Shown: positions 1 to 9,640 of the stretch, one piece after another | How positions within the stretch are numbered: the stretch's first letter is position 1 | Layout of the letters: every line of letters starts with the position of its first letter | The notes under the pieces: generated by a model | Database searches by the model: none | Seen by the model: the letters and a program-made list of their open reading frames with translations, nothing else | Told to the model about the DNA's origin: nothing | NCBI GenBank assembly: GCA_015067485.1 | Contig: SVMJ01000002.1 | Coordinates: 15,401 to 79,400, forward strand | DNA: 64,000 bases | Source of the DNA: Oscillospiraceae bacterium | Lineage (GTDB): Bacteria; Bacillota; Clostridia; Oscillospirales; JAAYXM01 | Direction: 5' to 3' | Translations under genes and position numbers: made by a program

Positions 1-1
1 T

Positions 2-331
2 CCGTACCAACTCTCGGGCGGTCAGCAGCAGCGCGTCTCGATTGCACGCGCCATGGCACTCCACCCCGAGATCCTGTTCTTTGATGAGCCCACAAGCGCG
101 CTCGACCCCGAATTGGTCGGCGAGATCTTAAAGGTCATCCGCTCGCTCGCGGAAGAGAATATGACCATGGTCATCGTTACCCACGAAATGGCATTTGCCC
201 GCGATGTGGCAGACCGCGTGATCTTCATGGATGACGGTTTCATCGTGGAACAGGGCACCCCCGAACAAGTCTTCGGAAACCCGCAAATGGAGCGCACCCG
301 TCAGTTTTTGCTCCGCTATTCAAATCAATAA
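2..331 (+). CDS. Polar amino-acid ABC transporter ATP-binding protein, C-terminal part (5' end outside window)
   Basis: Translation from nt 2 reads [37 protein letters not shown]...VIVTHEM. This gives the ABC signature LSGGQ, Walker B and H-loop of GlnQ/HisP-type ATPases. Stop TAA at 329-331. Confidence 0.85.
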   Translation, partial: PYQLSGGQQQRVSIARAMALHPEILFFDEPTSALDPELVGEILKVIRSLAEENMTMVIVTHEMAFARDVADRVIFMDDGFIVEQGTPEQVFGNPQMERTRQFLLRYSNQ

Positions 332-340
332 CGTCTCTCA

Positions 341-374
341 CTCCGCAGGAAGTTATTTCCTGCGGAGTTTTTTT
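341..374 (+). terminator. Rho-independent terminator after the ABC ATPase gene
   Basis: Perfect 10-bp stem CTCCGCAGGA/TCCTGCGGAG (341-350/358-367) followed by a T7 run. Confidence 0.7.
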
Positions 375-477
375 ATATTTTTTTAACAAAATGATTGCCG
401 AACCGCAATATATAGTGTAAAATAGAGAAAAGGATTCTACCTGTAATCCAACGGAATGAAAAGTGAGGTAATCGAAG

Positions 478-3400
478 ATGCTGAAAAACACAAAAAGATT
501 GTTCGCGCTCGTTTTATCTGTCGCGATGCTGGTCAGTCTGTTGCCGTCGGTTTCCGCGGCGTCCCTTTCTGACATCAAAGGGCATTGGGCGGAGGACTAC
601 ATCGAATACGGTGTCAGTACCGGCTACATCTCGGGCTATACCAACGGCACATTCCGTCCCAATAACACGGTAACCCGTGCGGAGTTCTCGAAAATGGTGA
701 ACACCGCGCTCGGCATCAATCACTCGGCGACCATCGGCTTCACCGATGTTTCGTCAAGCGACTGGTTCTACCAGGAAGTCAAGAAGGCGGTCTCTGCCGG
801 CTACATCTCGGGCTATTCGGACAACACCTTCGGCGCAAACCGTAACATCACCCGTCAGGAAGCAGCGGTTATGCTCGCACGTATCGTAACCGAGCCGGAA
901 ACCACAGGCTCCACCACTTTCGGCGATGCTTCCACCATCGACTCGTGGGCGCTCGCCTCGGTCTCCAAGATGGTCGCAAAGACCTACATGATGGGCGATC
1001 AGAAGGGTAACTTCCGTCCGAAAGCAGCACTCACTCGTGCAGAAGCGGCAAAGATTTTATATGAAGTACTCAAAAACGAGATCATCGCATCCAATAACCA
1101 GTCCTTCTCGGTTTCAGGGAGTTCGTATTACAACACCATCTACCCGAACAATGTAACAGTTACCGAAGGCGTGGTAAACGGTGCGATCTCCTTTAACTCC
1201 TGCCGCATCCTTGGCACGCTGACCGCAAGCGGCGGTGTGGATAGCGCAGTCAACCTGTCCAACACAGGCGTCAATACTCTGGTTGCGGCGAGTGCATCGG
1301 GTGAAGCGAAAGTTACTCTTTCCGGTTCTTCCTATGTTACCAAAACCACAGTCAACAACGGCGTTACCCTTTCGGGCAACGACTTCAATACCGTGTTCCT
1401 TTCCGGTTCGAGCCTTTCCAGCGACACCGTCCGCTTAAACGGCGACTTTGAAACCGTCAATGTGGACACCGACGCGGTCATCAAAGCGACCGGCACCATC
1501 GACCAGTTCACTGTCTATGACCGCGCGACCCTGATGCTCCAGTCGGGTTCCATCACCCGTTTGGATGTGGAAGCAGATGCGAAAAACTCGATGATCTCGC
1601 TCGCAGGCGGGGTAACGGTCGGTACCGCATACATCAAAACTTCCGCATCGTTCACGGGAACCGGCTCCATCACCACCGCATACGAAGGAATCGGTACCGT
1701 CTCTTACGAGACCCGCCCGCTCTCGGTAGTCGGCGGCAGCGGAAACTATGACGATGAAGACGAAGATAACACTTACGACGATGAAGAAACCTCCTCTTCT
1801 CTCGTTCCGCGCTTCTACCCCACCACTCGCTCGACCGATGTCTCGCTTGAGCCCACCATCCGTTTGTACTTCGACACTCCCATCTACCGTTCTTCTTCCA
1901 AGACTTCGATGACCACATCCTACATCGAAAACTACGCGGTGGAACTCCGTGAAGGCAGCACTTCCGGCTACTCGGTACCGTTTACCGCTTCTCTCAACAC
2001 TTCGGATACCACGGTTACCATCTCTCCGGATGAAGAACTCGAACCCGATACCACCTACTACATCGTGGTAGTCGCAGGAAAGATTTATGACGCAAGCGGC
2101 GAAAGCAACGGTCGTTCGTATGCATACTTCACCACCGAAGACGATTATAGCGGAAACTATGATGACGATGATTACACAGGAAGCGGCACTTTGAAGCCGT
2201 CCTTCTATCCGTCCAACGGTCAGACCAGCGTGGCTCGCACCCAGACCGTCCGCATCTCCTTTGGTGATACGGTCTACCGTTCTTCCGGCTCGACATTGAG
2301 TGAATCCTATGTGGAAAACAACTGCATTGAAGTCTACAAAGACAACTTAGACGGAAACCCGGTCTCGTTCAATGCTTCGCTCAACTCCTCGAAGACCATC
2401 ATCACACTCACCCCGGGGGCAAACTGGGAGACTAACACCACATACTATGTGGTCATCCCGGCAGGCACGCTGAGTGACCGCAACAACAATCTCAACAGCC
2501 GTATCGTGTCCCGTTTCTCCACGGGTGCTACCATTGACGGCGGCGACATCCTGTTCCATCCGTCAAACGGCGCAACCGACGTCGCGCTCGACGGTGAACT
2601 TTCCATCTCCTTCGAATCCCCGATCTATCAGTACGGTGGCGGCACGGTTACCGCACGTTATCTGGAAGAATCCGTACTCACTCTGCGCCGCAACAGCACC
2701 TATGGCAACTCGGTCTCGTTCACCGCAGAGATCAGTTCGAACAAGCGCTCCATCACCATTCTGCCCGATGAACCGTTAGATTCGAACACCACCTACTATC
2801 TCACTATCAACAACAATACCCTGCAGTATTCTTCTTCCAACAGAATCACCACGGTTACCAGCCAGTTCAAGACTTCCGACGGCACACTCCGTCTCTCGGA
2901 TCTCTCGCTCGGCGATGTAACATCCTCCACCGCAGACATCTATGTAACATCCAACACCTCGGGTAGCGTTACGGTTACCTTGTCTTCTTCCAAGGGTGCA
3001 CCGATTTCTCAAACCGTTTCGGTTACCGCAGGCCGTCAGACTTCCATGACCTTCACAGGTCTTGAGTCCAACACCGCATACACGGTTACCGCGGTCGCAA
3101 AAGACGCGGCGGACAGAACCTCCCAGGAAAAGAAGCAAACCTTCCTCTCCGGCTCACTCACGTTTGAACTCACCGCAAACGACATCACCAAGAACTCCGC
3201 AAACGTGGAAGCATCTTTCAACTCCATCGGTTCCATCTCGATCTCCTACAAGAAGGAAGGCGCGGCAAACTCCACTTCGCTTCTTTCTAACTTCACTCCG
3301 AACCGTGTGGGCAGTAAGACCGTCGCACTCACCAACCTGGATAGCGGCGCAACCTACCACGTTACCGCGACCTTTGAAGATGCAAGCGGAAACGTCGTGA

Positions 3401-3756
3401 CCCGTACCATCTCGTTTAAGACCGACGCGGTCTCCACCGAATCCGCACTCAAGAGTTTGCGTATCAACGGTGGCGACGGCAGTTATGAAGTGGAACTGAA
3501 GCCCGATGTCTACACCTACGATGTATCCATCGCAAACACCACCAGCATCACGGTAACCCCGGTTGCCGCGGCAGGTGATCGCGCGACCATCAAGGTCAAC
3601 AACTACATCGTCCATAGCGGTCAGATCTCCAACGAAATCTACGTCCGTGCAAACTCCAATGTGGCGTACACCACACAGATCCGCGTCACCGTCCAGCCGG
3701 AAAGCGGTCCGATCAAGACCTACACCATCAACGTCAAGGTCGCCCCCGCACTCTAA
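478..3756 (+). CDS. Large SLH-domain cell-surface (S-layer-associated) protein
   Basis: 1092-aa ORF with a signal peptide (LLPSVSAAS). Three tandem SLH repeats lie near the N-terminus (GHWAEDYIEYGVSTGYISGY.., SSDWFYQEVKKAVSAGYISGY.., IDSWALASVSKMVAKTYMMGD..). Three ~110-aa Ig-like repeats (FYP..T.VS....I.L.FD.PIYRSS) follow, separated by acidic GNYDD linkers. Fn3-like modules and a cadherin-like C-terminal module (ALKSLRINGG) complete it. Confidence 0.85.
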   Translation: MLKNTKRLFALVLSVAMLVSLLPSVSAASLSDIKGHWAEDYIEYGVSTGYISGYTNGTFRPNNTVTRAEFSKMVNTALGINHSATIGFTDVSSSDWFYQEVKKAVSAGYISGYSDNTFGANRNITRQEAAVMLARIVTEPETTGSTTFGDASTIDSWALASVSKMVAKTYMMGDQKGNFRPKAALTRAEAAKILYEVLKNEIIASNNQSFSVSGSSYYNTIYPNNVTVTEGVVNGAISFNSCRILGTLTASGGVDSAVNLSNTGVNTLVAASASGEAKVTLSGSSYVTKTTVNNGVTLSGNDFNTVFLSGSSLSSDTVRLNGDFETVNVDTDAVIKATGTIDQFTVYDRATLMLQSGSITRLDVEADAKNSMISLAGGVTVGTAYIKTSASFTGTGSITTAYEGIGTVSYETRPLSVVGGSGNYDDEDEDNTYDDEETSSSLVPRFYPTTRSTDVSLEPTIRLYFDTPIYRSSSKTSMTTSYIENYAVELREGSTSGYSVPFTASLNTSDTTVTISPDEELEPDTTYYIVVVAGKIYDASGESNGRSYAYFTTEDDYSGNYDDDDYTGSGTLKPSFYPSNGQTSVARTQTVRISFGDTVYRSSGSTLSESYVENNCIEVYKDNLDGNPVSFNASLNSSKTIITLTPGANWETNTTYYVVIPAGTLSDRNNNLNSRIVSRFSTGATIDGGDILFHPSNGATDVALDGELSISFESPIYQYGGGTVTARYLEESVLTLRRNSTYGNSVSFTAEISSNKRSITILPDEPLDSNTTYYLTINNNTLQYSSSNRITTVTSQFKTSDGTLRLSDLSLGDVTSSTADIYVTSNTSGSVTVTLSSSKGAPISQTVSVTAGRQTSMTFTGLESNTAYTVTAVAKDAADRTSQEKKQTFLSGSLTFELTANDITKNSANVEASFNSIGSISISYKKEGAANSTSLLSNFTPNRVGSKTVALTNLDSGATYHVTATFEDASGNVVTRTISFKTDAVSTESALKSLRINGGDGSYEVELKPDVYTYDVSIANTTSITVTPVAAAGDRATIKVNNYIVHSGQISNEIYVRANSNVAYTTQIRVTVQPESGPIKTYTINVKVAPAL

Positions 3757-3764
3757 CAAAACAA

Positions 3765-3794
3765 AAAGCCGAGCATCAATCGATGCTCGGCTTT
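3765..3794. terminator. Bidirectional terminator between convergent SLH gene and galU
   Basis: 13-bp perfect stem AAAGCCGAGCATC/GATGCTCGGCTTT with a 4-nt loop, flanked by an A-run on the left and T-rich sequence on the right. Confidence 0.7.
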
Positions 3795-3803
3795 CTGTTT
3801 CAC

Positions 3804-4661
3804 TTACAAATTCTTCAGATAATCTCTAAACCAGTCGCCTACTTCGGGATGCTGGAGCGCGATCTGAACCGTTGCGTGCAGGTATCCACGGAGATTTCCC
3901 GTATCATATCGTACCCCTTCATACTCCACGCCAAGCAACTTCTGTGTCTGACAGAGCGCGTTGAGCCCGTCAGTCAGCTGAATTTCGCCGCCGTACCCTG
4001 CCGACAGATGCTCCAGCATATTGTAGATTTCGGGGGTGAGAACATATCGTCCCAAAATCGCGTAGTTGGACATAATCTGATCGAGTCTCGGTTTTTCGAT
4101 GAGTTTATGGACTTCCATCACGCGCTCTTCCACCGGAGTAACATCCAGCGAGCAGTACTTGCTGATTTGGTCGTTGGGGACGTAACTGACCCCAACGGTT
4201 GCGCAACCTGTTTTTTCATATACATCCAAAAGCTGGCGGGTAACAGGGGTCTTGCCCACCATGACATCGTCGCCGAGCAATACCGCAAAGGGTTCCGAAC
4301 CCGTAAATGCCTTCGCGCACAAAATCGCATGACCCAGCCCGTGCTGTTCTTTCTGACGGATGAATGTGATATCCGCCATATCCGCGATGGCACGGAGTGC
4401 GTCTGCCTCTTCTTCACGGCCGGATGCGCGTAGTTTCGCCTCGAGTTCGGGCGAATAGTCAAAATAGTCGCAAAGTTCTTCCTTGCCACGGCTGGTGATG
4501 ATTAAAATTTCGGAAATCCCTGATTTCACCGCTTCTTCCACAATGTAGTGGATGCTCGGGCGGTCGACCAACGGGAGCATTTCTTTCGGAATCGCTTTGG
4601 TCGCGGGCAGCATACGGGTGCCAAACCCCGCGGCAGGGATAACAGCTTTCTTTACTTTCAT
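3804..4661 (-). CDS. galU: UTP--glucose-1-phosphate uridylyltransferase
   Basis: MKVKKAVIPAAGFGTRMLPATKAIPKEMLPLVD... is the canonical GalU N-terminus. ATG at 4661 lies 8 nt after AGGAG, so the GTG at 4670 in the track is too close to the RBS. Confidence 0.9.
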   Translation of the reverse strand: MKVKKAVIPAAGFGTRMLPATKAIPKEMLPLVDRPSIHYIVEEAVKSGISEILIITSRGKEELCDYFDYSPELEAKLRASGREEEADALRAIADMADITFIRQKEQHGLGHAILCAKAFTGSEPFAVLLGDDVMVGKTPVTRQLLDVYEKTGCATVGVSYVPNDQISKYCSLDVTPVEERVMEVHKLIEKPRLDQIMSNYAILGRYVLTPEIYNMLEHLSAGYGGEIQLTDGLNALCQTQKLLGVEYEGVRYDTGNLRGYLHATVQIALQHPEVGDWFRDYLKNL

Positions 4662-4672
4662 CCTTTTCACTC

Positions 4673-5152
4673 CTATTTCAGTTTTAGTTTTCTCAGAACT
4701 TTCAATAAGGGAATGCCAAAGAGATACAAGACTATCGTTTCGCTTGCACCGACCGTCAAAATGTTATATCCCCACACGGCATACGGCATCCCGGGGGTGA
4801 ACACCGCGGTCAGCATTGTGCCGACGATGATGGTGTTGCAAACGACGGGCGGGATGGGCGCGGTCCAGTCCGACTTACACTTTTTCGTCCACAATGCGGC
4901 AAGCAGTGTCGCAATCGATCCGAACACCATATCCCACGGGGTGGTGAGACCAATCCCCATACCGATACAGTTTGCGGCAAAGCACCCGACAAACAGACCC
5001 CACACCGATTCCGCATACAAGAGCGGAAGCAGGCAGAGCGCTTCGGACAGACGGAACTGGATGGGTCCGAACCCAAACGGGAGCAAGAGATTTAATACGA
5101 CGTAGACCGCCGCGATCAATCCTGCGCGTGCAAGACGAGAGGTTTTCATCAT
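4673..5152 (-). CDS. queT: QueT-family (queuosine precursor, ECF S-component-like) membrane protein
   Basis: MMKTSRLARAGLIAAVYVVLNLLLPFGFGPIQFRLSEALCLLP resembles the QueT family, with about five hydrophobic helices. GGAGG lies 6 nt upstream of the ATG at 5152. Confidence 0.7.
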   Translation of the reverse strand: MMKTSRLARAGLIAAVYVVLNLLLPFGFGPIQFRLSEALCLLPLLYAESVWGLFVGCFAANCIGMGIGLTTPWDMVFGSIATLLAALWTKKCKSDWTAPIPPVVCNTIIVGTMLTAVFTPGMPYAVWGYNILTVGASETIVLYLFGIPLLKVLRKLKLK

Positions 5153-5221
5153 GGTTTTCCTCCAAACATGTTTTTTTAATGATAACATACTTTCTTACAT
5201 TTGGCAAATTTTGAATTTTAC

Positions 5222-5249
5222 TTGACATTTTCGGTAGATTCTGTATAAT
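5222..5249 (+). promoter_or_regulatory. Sigma-A type promoter of rpsF-ssb-rpsR
   Basis: TTGACA (5222-5227), 16-nt spacer, TATAAT (5244-5249), about 60 nt upstream of rpsF. Confidence 0.55.
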
Positions 5250-5311
5250 ATTATTTTGTATCCTTGCCCCTACGACAGTTGGGGCCAAAAGTCCAAAAGG
5301 AGGTGTAGAAA

Positions 5312-5614
5312 ATGGCAAAAATCACTGCTAAGTACGAAACCATTATGATCCTGGATGTCGATCTGGGCGAAACCGCTATCGCGGAACTGGTTGCAAAGTT
5401 CAAAGCATTGATCGAAGCAAACGCAACTCTTACCAACATCGATGAATGGGGTAAGCGCCGTCTCGCTTATGCGATCAATGACAAGCCGGAAGGCTACTAT
5501 GTCTTTGCAGAGTTCGAATGTGCTCCGTCTTTCCCGGCAGAATTGGACCGTAACTACAAGATCACCGAAGGTGTTATGCGTTCCATCATCGTCTGCCAGG
5601 ACGAAGCGAAGTAA
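5312..5614 (+). CDS. rpsF: 30S ribosomal protein S6
   Basis: MAKITAKYETIMILD...WGKRRLAYAINDKPEGYYVFAEFE. Sits in the rpsF-ssb-rpsR order, with GGAGG RBS. Confidence 0.95.
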   Translation: MAKITAKYETIMILDVDLGETAIAELVAKFKALIEANATLTNIDEWGKRRLAYAINDKPEGYYVFAEFECAPSFPAELDRNYKITEGVMRSIIVCQDEAK

Positions 5615-5626
5615 GGAGGGCTTTTC

Positions 5627-6079
5627 ATGTTAAACAAAGCAATCCTGATGGGTCGTCTCACCAAAGACCCCGAACTGCGTCATACCCAGTCCAACATCCC
5701 GGTCGCATCCTTTACCCTTGCGGTAGACCGTGGGTACTCCAAAAACAATGCGGAAGGTCAGCAGACGGTTGACTTCATCAACATCGTCGCATGGCGCGGC
5801 ACCGCAGAGTTCGTATCCAAATGGTTCCGCAAAGGTCAACTGGTGGCGGTTTCTGGGCGGATCCAGGTCCGCAACTGGACAGATCGGGACAACAACAATC
5901 GGACTACTTGCGAAATCGTGGCAGACGAATGCTTCTTCGCAGAGTCCAAGCGTGATTCCGCGCCGAGCGCGGATGCGTTCCCCTATGGCGGCAACTCCGC
6001 ACCGGCAGCAGCGCCCACCATGCCGAACATGGCACAGTTTGAGGAACTGCTCGACGGCGACGAAGACTTGCCGTTCTAA
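5627..6079 (+). CDS. ssb: Single-stranded DNA-binding protein
   Basis: MLNKAILMGRLTKDPELRHT.. OB fold, with the acidic C-terminal tip DGDEDLPF. Confidence 0.95.
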   Translation: MLNKAILMGRLTKDPELRHTQSNIPVASFTLAVDRGYSKNNAEGQQTVDFINIVAWRGTAEFVSKWFRKGQLVAVSGRIQVRNWTDRDNNNRTTCEIVADECFFAESKRDSAPSADAFPYGGNSAPAAAPTMPNMAQFEELLDGDEDLPF

Positions 6080-6109
6080 GCCCCAAATCAATTAAAGGAG
6101 GATTCCGTA

Positions 6110-6337
6110 ATGGATCGTAACAGAAGCCGTAAGCGCAAAAAAGTTTGCTCTTTCTGCGTTGATAAAGCCGGACAGATCGATTACAAAGATACCGCAAAAC
6201 TGCGCCGTTATCTTTCCGATCGTTCCAAAATCCTGCCGCGCAGAATGACCGGTGTTTGTGCAGAGCATCAGCGTCAGTTGACCGTCGCAATCAAGCGTGC
6301 ACGTCATATCGCTCTGCTCCCGTACATTACCGACTAA
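6110..6337 (+). CDS. rpsR: 30S ribosomal protein S18
   Basis: [63 protein letters not shown]. Confidence 0.95.
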   Translation: MDRNRSRKRKKVCSFCVDKAGQIDYKDTAKLRRYLSDRSKILPRRMTGVCAEHQRQLTVAIKRARHIALLPYITD

Positions 6338-6350
6338 GTAAAAACCAAAA

Positions 6351-6379
6351 CAGGTGTGAGAAAACTCACACCTGTTTTT
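6351..6379 (+). terminator. Terminator after rpsR (overlaps the spoIID stop codon)
   Basis: Stem CAGGTGTGAG/CTCACACCTG with an AAAA loop, followed by TTTTT. Confidence 0.75.
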
Positions 6380-7349
6380 CTATTTTCACTTTCCCCAAAG
6401 TCGCCCCCTGATAGTAATGCGCCAAAATCCCGCGGTAGTCCATCCCCTTCTTCGCAAGCCCCTGCGCCCCGTACTGGCTCATGCCAACCCCGTGCCCGTA
6501 TCCACGGGTGGCAAAGGTAATGTTGCTTTCATCCACATCCACGGTAAAATGTGTGCTCCGCAACCCGAACATCACGCGCAAATCGCGTCCGCTGATGTTG
6601 ACGCCCCCCACGCAAACCGTCTTGACCCCGCCTGCATCGCTCCGTACAAAATCGGAAAACCATGTTTTGGGCGCGGACGAAAAATCCGCATTTCGGTATG
6701 TCTCTTTCACCTTAGCGATAAACGTTTCTTTCGGCACGGTTACGGTACTCTCAAAATTGGGCGCCGCGTCATCCCCCACCGTCTCAACACTCTGCAGATA
6801 CGGCACGTCGCGCCCCCACACATCCGCCGCCCGCTCGGTCTTCCCGTCGCTCGACGAATGGAACACCGCGCTGATGGGCTGATTCTCATAGAGTAAAATC
6901 TCCCCGTCGGTGTCATGAACCGCCTTTTGAATCTTCTCGGTGTAACTCTCCCCGCTCGTCCCCCAATGCGCGGCAAAAGATGAAATGGGCTGATACGCTT
7001 TGCAGTGGTCGGGGTTTGCACACACCATCGCGCCCTTATGGCTTGCATCCGCTTCTTCCGCCGCGCGCTTCATGGTATACGTCCGCGCCGCGACCGCCTG
7101 GGCTTTCAGCGCTTCTTCGGGGAAGAGTGCGGGCATCTCGGCCGCCACCACGCCTTGGAGATAGGTTTCCAGACTCATTTCCTCCACCACCCCGTCCCGC
7201 AGGACCGTGACCGTGGTGTTGGCATCGATCGCCTCTTCTTCCTGTACCTGCGGAGTGGGCAGAATCGCCCTTTCCCCCCCAAGGCAGACCAGCGGCAAGG
7301 CAAAGGTCGCAAGCCACAATCCCAGACAAAGCAGAAAAAATCGTTTCAT
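6366..7349 (-). CDS. spoIID: Stage II sporulation protein D (SpoIID/LytB-domain lytic transglycosylase)
   Basis: Motifs AQAVAARTY, ISAVFHSSSDGKTE and RGYGHGVGMSQYGAQGLAKKG. ATG at 7349 lies 6 nt after AGAGGTG. Confidence 0.85.
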   Translation of the reverse strand: MKRFFLLCLGLWLATFALPLVCLGGERAILPTPQVQEEEAIDANTTVTVLRDGVVEEMSLETYLQGVVAAEMPALFPEEALKAQAVAARTYTMKRAAEEADASHKGAMVCANPDHCKAYQPISSFAAHWGTSGESYTEKIQKAVHDTDGEILLYENQPISAVFHSSSDGKTERAADVWGRDVPYLQSVETVGDDAAPNFESTVTVPKETFIAKVKETYRNADFSSAPKTWFSDFVRSDAGGVKTVCVGGVNISGRDLRVMFGLRSTHFTVDVDESNITFATRGYGHGVGMSQYGAQGLAKKGMDYRGILAHYYQGATLGKVKIEKQV

Positions 7350-7436
7350 CCTGTACACCTCTGTTCTTTTGATTTGACTATTTGTTCAATTTCGTGTAAA
7401 ATAGTAGTAACTATTCCCAACAAGGAGGACTTCGCC

Positions 7437-8807
7437 ATGTCTGATATGAATGTTGCAAAGTCAAACTTGGTCATTGCAAGTTTATGTGAAGAATTCAAGA
7501 AAAATAACCATATCCCGCAGGAAGCGTATTCCCGTCTGAATGTGTGCCGCGGTCTGCGTAATGCAGACGGTACGGGCGTACTTGCAGGCCTCACGCAGAT
7601 TGGTAACGTCCGCGGTTATTCTATGGTGGATAATGAACGCCAGCCGATGGAAGGTCAGCTCTTCTATCGCGGCATCAACGTGGAAGACCTTGTCCGCGGT
7701 GTTGTAGAAGACGACCGTTTCGGCTTCGAAGAAGTGGCATATCTCATCCTGTTCGGTCAGCTTCCCACCAAAAACCAGCTCGCCGTGTTTCAGGACCTGC
7801 TCCACGAAAACCGCGAGCTCCCCAAAAACTTCACCGAAGATATGATCATCAAGGCGCCGAGTTCGGATATTATGAACAAATTGGCGCGCTCGGTGCTCGT
7901 TATGTACTCGTATGACACTGACCCGGACAACTGCTCGCTTGAAAATATGCTGCGCCAGTCCATCGCGCTCATCGCGCAGATGCCCATCATTGCGGCACAG
8001 GCGTACCAAGTCAAGCGCCACTATTTTGAAAATAAGAGTATGTACCTGCACATCCCGCCCGCAGGTCTGTCCACCGCAGAAACCCTGCTCTACTGTATCC
8101 GCAAGGATAAAAAGTACACCGAAGAAGAAGCAAAACTGCTCGACTTGTGCCTGATCCTTCACGCAGAGCACGGCGGCGGTAACAACTCGGCATTCTCCTG
8201 CCGCGTGCTTTCCTCTTCGGGTACCGATACTTATTCCGCGATCGGCGCGGCACTCGGCTCGCTCAAGGGTCCGCTCCACGGCGGCGCCAACCTGCGCGTG
8301 TGCAATATGTTCGCTGACATTGAAAGAAACGTTAAAAACTGGAAGGACGATGAAGAAGTCGCAAACTACCTGCGCCGTATCATCCGCCGCGAAGTGGGGG
8401 ACCAGAGCGGCAAGATCTACGGCATGGGGCACGCGATCTATACCATGTCCGACCCGCGCGCAGTCCTGCTCAAAGACTATGCGCGCGCACTCGCGAAGAA
8501 GACCGGCTTCATCGACCGTTTCGAGCTCATCGAATCGGTGGAACGCTTGACCCCGCAAGTCTTCCTGGAAGAAAAGGGCAACACCAAACCCCTTTGCGCA
8601 AATGTCGATATGTACTCGGGTCTGATTTACGAAATGCTCAACATCCCGAAAGACCTGTACACCCCCATCTTCGCCATCGCGCGTATGGTCGGCTGGTGTG
8701 CACACCGCATTGAAGAAGCAACCCTTGGCGGGCGCATCATCCGTCCCGCATATAAGTCCCTTGCGGCGGCAGAGTCCTACATCCCGCTCGCGGACCGTAC
8801 CGAATAA
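7437..8807 (+). CDS. Citrate synthase
   Basis: LILHAEHGGGNNSAF...GPLHGGAN...GHAIYT...DPR are citrate-synthase family catalytic motifs. ATG at 7437 follows AAGGAGG. The 7005 start in the track is a spurious 5' extension. Confidence 0.85.
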   Translation: MSDMNVAKSNLVIASLCEEFKKNNHIPQEAYSRLNVCRGLRNADGTGVLAGLTQIGNVRGYSMVDNERQPMEGQLFYRGINVEDLVRGVVEDDRFGFEEVAYLILFGQLPTKNQLAVFQDLLHENRELPKNFTEDMIIKAPSSDIMNKLARSVLVMYSYDTDPDNCSLENMLRQSIALIAQMPIIAAQAYQVKRHYFENKSMYLHIPPAGLSTAETLLYCIRKDKKYTEEEAKLLDLCLILHAEHGGGNNSAFSCRVLSSSGTDTYSAIGAALGSLKGPLHGGANLRVCNMFADIERNVKNWKDDEEVANYLRRIIRREVGDQSGKIYGMGHAIYTMSDPRAVLLKDYARALAKKTGFIDRFELIESVERLTPQVFLEEKGNTKPLCANVDMYSGLIYEMLNIPKDLYTPIFAIARMVGWCAHRIEEATLGGRIIRPAYKSLAAAESYIPLADRTE

Positions 8808-8815
8808 GGAGTGGT

Positions 8816-9598
8816 ATGATGAAACGCTGGTTTCCGTTTGTGCTTCTCCCCCTGTTTTTGGGACTTTGCGGCGCACTCCTGCGCGCAACCGAACTCGCCT
8901 ATTCATTTGACCGGCACACAGGTCTCTTTGTAAACCAACTTGCGGTAACACCCGTACTCATGACGGTTTCGCTCGTGGCCCTTGCAGTCTTTGTCTTCCT
9001 GTCCTTCCGTCTGCCCGCAGCGGAAGACTCCGCCCCCTCCCCGTTCGTCCTGATCGGCGGCGTGGTGTCCGCAATCTCTCTGCTTGCCACGGTCGGTGTT
9101 GTCATTCTTTCTATCATGAACTCCACCTTCGCACTCACCGCACTCATCCAGGCCCTGCTCTCGGTGTATGCGGCAACCGCGGTGCTGGTGATGGTGAAAT
9201 ACGGATTCAAAAAATCCGACGGCGGCGCATACGCGGTGCTGGTCTCCGCTCCCGTGTTCTGGCTTGCCTACACGCTGATTCTGATCTTCCGCGATCGAAT
9301 CGCAGACCCCATTTTGTTGGATTATGCGTATCTTCTGTTTGCCTGCACTTCCGCGCTCATCTTCCTGTATACGGTAGTTGGCGTGCTATTCGGCAAAGGG
9401 AAACCGCGCGGATGCGCTCTCTTCGGCTCGCTCGCGCTCTTCTTCTCAACCACCGAACTGTTCGGCCACGTGTTTGCAACCCTGCTCCCGATGAGTTTGA
9501 GCGGCTTTTCGCTCTCACTCACCGAAGCGCTCACGCTGATTTTCGTGGTGGCGTTCACGCTCACCGCACTCCCCGAACTTCTCAAAAACAAAGAATAA
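8816..9598 (+). CDS. Hypothetical polytopic membrane protein
   Basis: 260-aa ORF with about 7 hydrophobic segments and an AAGGAG RBS. I recognise no family. Confidence 0.55.
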   Translation: MMKRWFPFVLLPLFLGLCGALLRATELAYSFDRHTGLFVNQLAVTPVLMTVSLVALAVFVFLSFRLPAAEDSAPSPFVLIGGVVSAISLLATVGVVILSIMNSTFALTALIQALLSVYAATAVLVMVKYGFKKSDGGAYAVLVSAPVFWLAYTLILIFRDRIADPILLDYAYLLFACTSALIFLYTVVGVLFGKGKPRGCALFGSLALFFSTTELFGHVFATLLPMSLSGFSLSLTEALTLIFVVAFTLTALPELLKNKE

Positions 9599-9606
9599 TA
9601 AAAACT

Positions 9607-9640
9607 GCCCAAGTGTTCTAAAGAACACTTGGGCATATTT
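9607..9640. terminator. Terminator between convergent genes
   Basis: 12-bp stem GCCCAAGTGTTC/GAACACTTGGGC, followed by ATATTTTTTT. Confidence 0.65.

Noticed and set aside
5153-5230. preQ1 riboswitch expected upstream of queT
   Set aside because: The minus-strand upstream sequence shows a plausible promoter (TTGCCA-17-TATCAT) only ~25 nt from the RBS. I could not fold a preQ1-I or preQ1-II type hairpin with A-rich tail. No support for a riboswitch.
7005-7436. N-terminal 144-aa extension of the citrate synthase ORF
   Set aside because: The extension is antisense to spoIID and has a proline/arginine-rich junk translation. A strong AAGGAGG RBS precedes the internal ATG at 7437, where homology-like sequence begins.
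7482-8951. 489-aa ORF on the minus strand
   Set aside because: It is antisense to citrate synthase and the following membrane-protein gene. It has no RBS and no motifs, and shows the same antisense artefact.
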